Made by a program: the position numbers and the translations under genes. Below, in pieces: positions 10,373-16,574 of a stretch of DNA of 34,141 nucleotides (position 1 is the first letter of the stretch; the number at the start of each line of letters is the position of its first letter). Source of the DNA: an uncultured Victivallales bacterium (GTDB lineage: Bacteria > Verrucomicrobiota > Lentisphaeria > Oligosphaerales > JAFGRS01); the NCBI GenBank assembly GCA_903933565.1, contig CAIZKT010000176.1, positions 1 through 34,141 of the forward strand, written 5' to 3'. The notes under the pieces were generated by a model that saw only the letters and a program-made list of their open reading frames with translations, searched no databases and was not told where the DNA came from.

Positions 10373-11420
10373 GTTCAGCGACGCCTTTCCCGACCTCTGC
10401 CGACGCCTGCTCGTCTCCCGGCGGGCAGACCGCGTCGGGCAAGCTTATCTGTTCGTCGGCGACAGCCCGCCGCTGCTGCTGCGCTTCGTGACCGCCTGGG
10501 CCCAGGTGCGCGCCTGCCTGACTCCCTGTCCCGATGGCGATGCCTGCGGCACCTGCGAATCCTGTCACCGCCTGGCGAACGACACCTACCCCGAGCGCTT
10601 CGACCTCGTTCCTGAGTCGAAGACGCGTCAGATTCTGGTCGACGCCATGCGCACCTTCCATAATGGGCTCAACCGAACCACCGCTGCCTCCCGCCCCAAG
10701 ATCGGGGTCATCGCCGAAGCCGACTGCATGGGTAACGAGGCTCAGAATAGCTTCCTCAAGACCCTCGAAGAGCCGCCGCCGCACACCCTGCTGCTGCTCT
10801 ACACCACTCAGCCCCGTCTGCTCCTGCCCACTATCCGCTCGCGCTGCCAGGTTGTCCCCGTACTCCACAACCGCGTCGATTATGCGGACCTCCGCCAGCG
10901 CGGCCTCTTCGCCCTCCTCGCACCCCTGCACCGTCAGGCGGGCGCAGCCGTGGGTCTGCGCACGTCGGCGCAGCTTCAGGCCCTCTTCGCACAACTCGGC
11001 GCCGAGGCCGAAGCCGCCGTCGGCAGCGGTATCGAGGAGAGCTGGACTGAGATGATCGAAGCCGACAAGGGGCTGCGCAAACGCCTCGGTGAACAACGCG
11101 ATACCCGCGTCGCCGCCGAGTATGTCCGCCGCCGCCGCCAGATCGAGGACGGCATCCAGGCCTGGTTCCTCCAACAACGCCTCCTGGCCGCCGACGTCCG
11201 CCCTGACCTCCTGCCCCACCCCGAGTTCCTTCAAGACCTCCCCAAAGACCCGCACCACCCTCCACCGCTCCCCGACGACGCCGATGAAGACCTCCGCTTC
11301 GTCGCCGACCTCCTCCGCGCCCTTCGCGCCAGTCTCAACGAAGCCCTCACCCTCGATGCTTTCTGCCTCTCGGTCAGCGCCAAAACCCACCCACCGAAAA
11401 AAACTGCCCGCCTCGCTTGA
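10359..11420 (+). CDS. holB: DNA polymerase III subunit delta'
   Basis: Overlaps the end of tmk; GTG 10359 follows GGAGGG. Contains AYLFVG, the Zn motif ACGTCESC, AQNSFLKTLEEPP and LLPTIRSRCQ. tmk-holB synteny is canonical. Confidence 0.92.
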   Translation: MPLAEFSDAFPDLCRRLLVSRRADRVGQAYLFVGDSPPLLLRFVTAWAQVRACLTPCPDGDACGTCESCHRLANDTYPERFDLVPESKTRQILVDAMRTFHNGLNRTTAASRPKIGVIAEADCMGNEAQNSFLKTLEEPPPHTLLLLYTTQPRLLLPTIRSRCQVVPVLHNRVDYADLRQRGLFALLAPLHRQAGAAVGLRTSAQLQALFAQLGAEAEAAVGSGIEESWTEMIEADKGLRKRLGEQRDTRVAAEYVRRRRQIEDGIQAWFLQQRLLAADVRPDLLPHPEFLQDLPKDPHHPPPLPDDADEDLRFVADLLRALRASLNEALTLDAFCLSVSAKTHPPKKTARLA

Positions 11421-11450
11421 TTCTGGCCTGGTAACGAGTTGCTAGCAAAG

Positions 11451-11605
11451 TTCCGCACAGGTTATCAACAGGCCAGCGCTCGCGCTGTCAACTCTCTGGT
11501 GATACTATTTTAAGTACTTGCGCCATAGTTTCTTATGTTCATTATCGACGGGTCTTGTGGCATTTTCGTGGAGACCCGAATCGGAGCGGCGCCGACTTAT
11601 GCACA
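11451..11605. promoter_or_regulatory. Cluster of DnaA-box-like nonamers around an AT-rich patch
   Basis: TTATGCACA (11597-11605) matches TTATNCACA exactly. Also TTATCAACA (11462-11470), TTATCGACG (11542-11550) and TTCCGCACA (11451-11459). The AT-rich segment spans about 11500-11545. Confidence 0.5.
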
Positions 11606-11859
11606 GCGCCCGCTTGCAGGTACAGAAGCACCGTTGGTGACGGCATTTCGGTGACGCGTGGGGGGCGCCAATGCGGCTGTGCTCTTGGGTAACGCCGCTA
11701 GGTGAAGTGCGGCGGCAGCGACTCGCCGCGGTGAGTCGCCGACGCCGCTTTGGCTGACCCCTACAGCATCGCGGCAGCGCCGGGAAACTTAGTAGCGCGG
11801 AGAGCACGCCAACGAAACGGCGCGCTGGACGGTGGGAACGAGAGGGGGGCGAAACAGAC

Positions 11860-11935
11860 TGGCGTCCCCAAGGGGAGTCGAACCCCTGTTTACGGGATGA
11901 GAACCCGTTGTCCTGGGCCACTAGACGATGGGGAC
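11860..11935 (-). tRNA. tRNA-Glu (anticodon CTC)
   Basis: Reverse complement is GTCCCCATCGTCTAGTGGCCCAGGACAACGGGTTCTCATCCCGTAAACAGGGGTTCGACTCCCCTTGGGGACGCCA (76 nt). Anticodon arm ACGGG-TT-CTC-AT-CCCGT, T-loop GTTCGA, encoded CCA end. Confidence 0.97.
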
Positions 11936-11949
11936 GTGTGACGCAGGGT

Positions 11950-11977
11950 ACATTACAGGAACAGACGGCGACGTCAA
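11950..11977 (-). promoter_or_regulatory. Putative sigma70 promoter of tRNA-Glu
   Basis: Minus strand TTGACG-N16-TAATGT, ending 14 nt before the mature tRNA 5' end. Confidence 0.55.
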
Positions 11978-12118
11978 GCTGCCTGGCACGGTTTCCAGTG
12001 GCGCGCCTGGCGGCATTTCCGGGGCTGTGGCGTCGTCGCCAGCGTCGATACCGGTGACGACCCAGACGCGCTCGGCTTGGATTGACCACGGGGATAATGC
12101 AGCGGAGGGTAGCGCGGC

Positions 12119-13579
12119 ATGGCGCTTCGGGAAAGCATCACGGCGGCGACCGTCTGCCTGCCCCAGGCCGCGGGGCGCTTCTATCCGGCGGCAGCGGAGC
12201 CCCTGTCGCGGGCGCTGCGGGGGTTCCTCCCGGAACGCTCGAAGCCCGTTGAAGGTGGCCCAGCCGCGGCCGTGATCGTGCCCCATGCGGCCTACAGCTA
12301 CTCCGGCCGGATCGCCGGGCGCGTCTATGCCTGCGTGGACGGAACGCGCCTCGAACGGGTGGTCGTGCTCGCCCCCAGCCACCACGCCACCTTCCGGGGT
12401 CTCGGGGTTGGCGGGTTCAGCGCTTTCCGTACCCCGCTGGGCGATCTGCCCGTCGATACCGGCATCTGCGGCGAACTGGCGCAGGGCGGCCAGGGCATCG
12501 CCAACCGCGCCGAGGCCTTCCTTGGTGAGCACGCCATAGAGGTGCAACTGCCCTTCCTGCAGACCGTCTGCCCCGCGGCCAGGCTGGTGCCGCTGCTCTG
12601 CGGCGAGATGTGGCCGGAGGAAGTGGCTGAGATCGCGGCACGCCTGGCGGCAGCAGTGCCACACGAAGGCACGCTGTGGGTGGTCAGCAGCGATTTCACC
12701 CACTACGGCGAGGACTTCGGCTATGTGCCCTTCAGGCGGGATGTTCTGGCCCGCGTCGAGCAGCTCGACCACGGCGCCATCGAAGCCATCCTGCGCCGGG
12801 ATGCGACAGCGCTGCGGGAGTACCTACGGGCGACCGGCGCCACCGTCTGCGGCGCCGACGCCATCGGCATCTTGTTGTCCCTGCTGCCGCACCTCGGCTC
12901 CGCCTGGGGCACGCACCTGCTGGAGTACACCCAGTCAGGCCGCCTGGCGCACGACGAGACGCATAGCGTCGGCTATGCCGGGATCACCTTCACCAACGCG
13001 GCCGCCCGCACCGAGTCCCTTGTCTGGCGACCCTCTGCCGCGGCTGGTGAGACGCTGCTGGCTCTGGCGCATGAGACGCTCGCCGCCGAACTCCAGGGAC
13101 GGACGTACTCGCCCCCGGAACCCGCCGCGCTGCCGACGGACATCACCCGCGTCGGCGCGGTCTTTGTCAGCCTCTATGTCGATGGCACACTGCGCGGCTG
13201 CATGGGCTCGCTGGAACCGCGGCAAGCGCTCTACCGCGAGGTCATGGTCAACGCCTCGAACGCGGCCTTCCGAGACCCGCGTTTTCAGCCGCTGCAGCCC
13301 GCCGAATTCGCCCGCCTTGACCTGGAGATCGCAGTGCTCAGTCCGCTGCGACGCCTCGCCGACCCGATGCACTTCGAGGTGGGCCGCCACGGCCTTGTCC
13401 TGCGGCGCGGGCGGCACGAGGCGGTCTGCCTGCCTCAGGTGGTGACCGAACTGGGCCCCAACCGCCAAGCGACCCTCGAACACCTCTGTCGCAAGGCCGG
13501 CCTGCCCCCCGGAGCCTGGCGCCAGGCAGCGGAGTTTTTCGTGTTCGAAGCCTGCGTGTTCCGTGCCTGCCGGAGATAG
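12119..13579 (+). CDS. amrB: AmmeMemoRadiSam system protein B (Memo-like) fused to protein A (AMMECR1)
   Basis: Memo motifs IVPHAAYSYSG, APSH, EHAIEVQLPFL, SSDFTHYG and TVCG. AMMECR1 motifs GAVFVSL, LRGCMG, AAFRDPRF, LPQV and LCRKAG. Confidence 0.92.
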   Translation: MALRESITAATVCLPQAAGRFYPAAAEPLSRALRGFLPERSKPVEGGPAAAVIVPHAAYSYSGRIAGRVYACVDGTRLERVVVLAPSHHATFRGLGVGGFSAFRTPLGDLPVDTGICGELAQGGQGIANRAEAFLGEHAIEVQLPFLQTVCPAARLVPLLCGEMWPEEVAEIAARLAAAVPHEGTLWVVSSDFTHYGEDFGYVPFRRDVLARVEQLDHGAIEAILRRDATALREYLRATGATVCGADAIGILLSLLPHLGSAWGTHLLEYTQSGRLAHDETHSVGYAGITFTNAAARTESLVWRPSAAAGETLLALAHETLAAELQGRTYSPPEPAALPTDITRVGAVFVSLYVDGTLRGCMGSLEPRQALYREVMVNASNAAFRDPRFQPLQPAEFARLDLEIAVLSPLRRLADPMHFEVGRHGLVLRRGRHEAVCLPQVVTELGPNRQATLEHLCRKAGLPPGAWRQAAEFFVFEACVFRACRR

Positions 13580-13597
13580 TGGGGGCTTGGGGCTCGG

Positions 13598-13734
13598 GGC
13601 GAAACGGGGAAACGGCGAGACGGCGAGGCGGCGGCCGGAGGAGGAGAGGAGGAGAGGCGAGACGGCGAAACGGGGAAACGGCGAGACGGCGAGGCGGCGG
13701 CCGGAGGAGGAGAGGAGGAGAGGCGAGACGGCGA
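13598..13734 (+). repeat. 66-bp purine-rich tandem repeat (2 exact copies plus 5 bp) built from degenerate octamers
   Basis: Units start at 13598, 13664 and 13730. Sub-units include GGCGAAAC, GGGGAAAC, GGCGAGAC and GGAGAGGA. Confidence 0.9.
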
Positions 13735-13973
13735 GGGGGAGGAAAGGCGGCAGGCAGGTAGTAGAGGCTTTAGCCGGTTTCGTGTATCCGCTCGGACCCG
13801 TCCCACGACTCGACCACATGGCAAGCAGGCCGCAGTCCAACCCGGGAGTCTCCTGCCCGCGGGCCGACTCGTTCCGGCCGACCCGGAATGACCCACGAAG
13901 CGGCCGCTGAACGCAACTCAACCGCAAGCGCGCTGGTTCTCTCGAAACCGCCCGCTCCACTGCGCCCTGCACC

Positions 13974-14001
13974 TTGCAAACCCTGTGGCTGCGGGTATCC
14001 T
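13974..14001 (+). promoter_or_regulatory. Putative sigma70 promoter of the RDD gene
   Basis: TTGCAA-N16-TATCCT. Confidence 0.4.
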
Positions 14002-14116
14002 TTGGGGGGTGCGGAGGGCGGCATTTTGCCGTCCGACAGGGCGCGCCTGGGGACTGGCCTGCACGACGACTTTCCGCCCGGGGCATTCCAGGCGCCGATG
14101 TGCTAGGAGGTATGGC

Positions 14117-14974
14117 ATGGCAACGTGGTATTACGTCGAGAACAACCAGCAGGCCGGGCCGCTGGACGATGAGGGCTTCGCTCGCCTGGTCAGCCAGGGG
14201 CGGATTCAGGCTACGACGCTGGTCTGGAATGAGACCATGACCCACTGGCTGCCCTATGCCCAGGCCCGCGCCGCCAGCGTGCAGCGCCAGGCCGAGGCGC
14301 TGGCCACAGGCGCCGGGGTCGGCACGCCACAGGACAGCCCCGCGCCCCTGCGGGCGATGACGGGGGCCGACGCCGGCGGCGCCGTGGCCGCGATCCCCTG
14401 TGCCACGTGCGGCCTACCGTTCCCGCCCCAAGAGGTCCTCCCCATCAACGGCCAGTGGGTCTGCGCCGGCTGCAACGCTCTCACCCAGCAGGCGCTGCGC
14501 GAGAGTGCTTCCAGCCGGCCTGTGGTGCATTACGCCGGCTTCTGGATCCGTGTGGTTGCCAAGCTCGTCGATGGCCTCACCCTGTTCGTCGGCAACCTGG
14601 TGGTGGGCTTCTGTATCCAAGGCGGTTTCGCGGCCGGCTTCGGCCCGGCCATGGACACGGCCGGCGGGCCAGCCGACATCGCCATGAAGATCGCCGGCTT
14701 CGGCGTGACCTTGCTGGTGCAGCTCGTGGTCGGCCTCTGCTACACCACCTTCTTCCTGGGCCGCTTCGGCGCTACGCCCGGCAAGATGGCCTGCGGCCTC
14801 CTGGTCGTGCGTGCGGACGGGTCCGCGGTGACCTATGGCCGCGCCGTTGGGCGCCACTTTGCCGACATGCTCAGCGGCCTCACCCTCTGCATCGGATACC
14901 TGATCGCCGCCTTCGACCTGGAAAAGCGGGCGCTGCACGACCACATCTGCGATACCCGAGTGGTCCACAAGTAG
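14117..14974 (+). CDS. RDD family membrane protein with N-terminal GYF_2 (DUF4339) domain and a CxxC..CxxC Zn ribbon
   Basis: AGGAGG at 14105-14110 precedes ATG 14117. WYY..QQAGP...TLVWNETMTHW (GYF_2); CATC...CAGC; YAGFWIRVVAKLVD, GATPGKMACGL and RALHDHICDTRVV (RDD). Confidence 0.92.
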   Translation: MATWYYVENNQQAGPLDDEGFARLVSQGRIQATTLVWNETMTHWLPYAQARAASVQRQAEALATGAGVGTPQDSPAPLRAMTGADAGGAVAAIPCATCGLPFPPQEVLPINGQWVCAGCNALTQQALRESASSRPVVHYAGFWIRVVAKLVDGLTLFVGNLVVGFCIQGGFAAGFGPAMDTAGGPADIAMKIAGFGVTLLVQLVVGLCYTTFFLGRFGATPGKMACGLLVVRADGSAVTYGRAVGRHFADMLSGLTLCIGYLIAAFDLEKRALHDHICDTRVVHK

Positions 14975-15055
14975 CCCGAGAGCCTCGCCGGCGCTCTTTG
15001 ACGGGCAGCCGGCTGCCGTCTCCATGAGCCAGCACGACGACTCCGAGGCGACGGG

Positions 15056-16021
15056 CTACGGCAACAGGTCGGCCTGCCCGTAGGTACGCGCTACAGGGGG
15101 CGCGGCGGCAGCCGCCGCCATCACCGTCATGGCCCAGAGGTCGGGGTGACGCCGGGAAAAGGCGTCTGCTTCGGCGGGCGAAAACACCATGTACGCGGTC
15201 GACAGCGCGTCGGCTGCCGCCGCCGAGTCGCAGAGGATCCAGGCGCCCATGGTGGCCGTGACCGGTCGGCCCCGGCGCGGGTCCAGAATATGGCGCCCCT
15301 TGACGGCCATTCCCGAGCCGCTCAGAGCCGCATTGTGGAGGCGCAGACGCGAGAAACCCTGGGCACTGCCCCAGTCGCCCCCGACGCCGACCACCCACCC
15401 CCGCTCCCCGGGCGTCGGCCCGGGCCCGAGGGCAAGCGCTGTACTGGTGCCCGAATGCACCAGCACATTGTCCACCTTCCAGTCCACCAGCGTCTCTCGC
15501 AACCCGTCCAGAGCGAAGCCCTTACCCACCGCGCCAAGATCCAGGATTACGCCCCGCGAATCAGGGGCGAGGGTAACGCTGAACTCGCGTGGAGCGCCGC
15601 TTTCCGGCGGGGTGGCGTAGAGTTGCAGTTGCCGCATGCCCACGCGAGCCAGGGCATCGGCAAGCAGCCTTGGCGCGGGCGTCTCCAGGCCCTGCCGCCG
15701 GGCCTCGGCCCAACAGGCGAGCAGCGGGCCGCAGGTCACGTCGAAGGCGCCCGCAGTCTCCTGGGCCAGATGCGCGGCCAATCTCAGGCAGGTATAGGCT
15801 TCGAGGGACAGACGGGCGGTCTCGCCGGGGCGCAGGCGGTTGATCTGGGAGATATCGCTGCCGGGGTCGTGGCGGCTGAGCAGGCGTTCGTAGCGGTCTA
15901 CTTCCCGAAACAACTCGCTGGCGACCTCCCCAGCATAGCGGGCGCTGCCGCCCGCCACGACGACTTCGAAGCGGGTGGTCATGGCCTCGTGGGCAAAGCG
16001 ATGCAGCGGCAGGTCTTCCAT
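15056..16021 (-). CDS. apbE: FAD:protein FMN transferase (ApbE family)
   Basis: AMTTRFEV, LSRHDPGSDISQIN, TAGAFDVTCGPL, LDLGAVGKGFALD, ALSGSG, HILDPRRG and ADALSTA. No N-terminal signal peptide or lipobox visible. Confidence 0.93.
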   Translation of the reverse strand: MEDLPLHRFAHEAMTTRFEVVVAGGSARYAGEVASELFREVDRYERLLSRHDPGSDISQINRLRPGETARLSLEAYTCLRLAAHLAQETAGAFDVTCGPLLACWAEARRQGLETPAPRLLADALARVGMRQLQLYATPPESGAPREFSVTLAPDSRGVILDLGAVGKGFALDGLRETLVDWKVDNVLVHSGTSTALALGPGPTPGERGWVVGVGGDWGSAQGFSRLRLHNAALSGSGMAVKGRHILDPRRGRPVTATMGAWILCDSAAAADALSTAYMVFSPAEADAFSRRHPDLWAMTVMAAAAAAPPVARTYGQADLLP

Positions 16022-16022
16022 G

Positions 16023-16562
16023 TCATCCCTGGGCTTGCCGCAAGCGGGCCTCGGCGTAGGTCAGGCTCAGCGCCAGCGCCAGCGCCGCCAGACCGCAGCC
16101 ACGGTGGAGCGCTACCAGCAGCACCTGGCCGTCACTCCCCAGCAGTGGCAACATGGCGACCAGGGGCGTGACCATGACCCCGATCAGGGCCAGCGCCAGC
16201 AACCAGAAGCCGAGACGGTGGCCCGGGCAATAGGCAGGACCCGCCGCTGAACCGACCTCGAAACCGAAACGCGGGCCCAGAACAAGCAGCGTCAGGGGGA
16301 ACGCCGCCGCCAGCCCGCCCCCGCAACCCACGTGCAGCAGCAGCAGGTAACCCCTCAGCGCTTGGCCTGTAAGACGGGACCCGAACCCGCTCAGGGCCAG
16401 CGCGATGAAGCTCAACGCGGCGCAGCAGAGGACGAGCCGTTCCAGGCCCGGAAACCGCTGTGCGCCGGCAGCGCCGGAGGCGCGGCTACGCCGGAGGCGC
16501 AGGCAGGCCAGCAGCAGGAGCCCGGTCCCGAAAAGGCCGAGAGCTGAGAGGAGCTGAAGCAT
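16023..16562 (-). CDS. Small polytopic membrane protein, cytochrome-b-like (FdnI/PhsC-type remnant fold)
   Basis: About 5 hydrophobic segments with intramembrane His in LLLLHVGCG and VALHRGCG. Sits in an operon between the multiheme cytochrome and ApbE. Confidence 0.6.
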   Translation of the reverse strand: MLQLLSALGLFGTGLLLLACLRLRRSRASGAAGAQRFPGLERLVLCCAALSFIALALSGFGSRLTGQALRGYLLLLHVGCGGGLAAAFPLTLLVLGPRFGFEVGSAAGPAYCPGHRLGFWLLALALIGVMVTPLVAMLPLLGSDGQVLLVALHRGCGLAALALALSLTYAEARLRQAQG

Positions 16563-16574
16563 GGCGTTCGTCTC

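Noticed and set aside
10441-10480. Degenerate Walker A in HolB as a novelty
   Set aside because: Delta' subunits are known to be ATPase-inactive and often have a decayed P-loop.
11429-11443. Sigma54 promoter (TGGTAAC...TTGC); also TGGCAC near 11984 and 20462
   Set aside because: GG-to-GC spacing is 9 rather than 10 here, and the other two sites lack the TTGC element.
11516-11543. Canonical dif site
   Set aside because: The XerD-like arm is 9/11, but the XerC-like arm does not fit the required 6-bp spacer. Kept only as a low-interest motif.
11860-11935. tRNA-Glu as the attachment site of an integrated element
   Set aside because: I saw no duplicated tRNA 3' end and no integrase in the window.
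11505-12089. 194-aa ORF across the intergenic region
   Set aside because: It spans the tRNA and DnaA-box region, has Arg-rich non-protein-like composition and shows no motifs.
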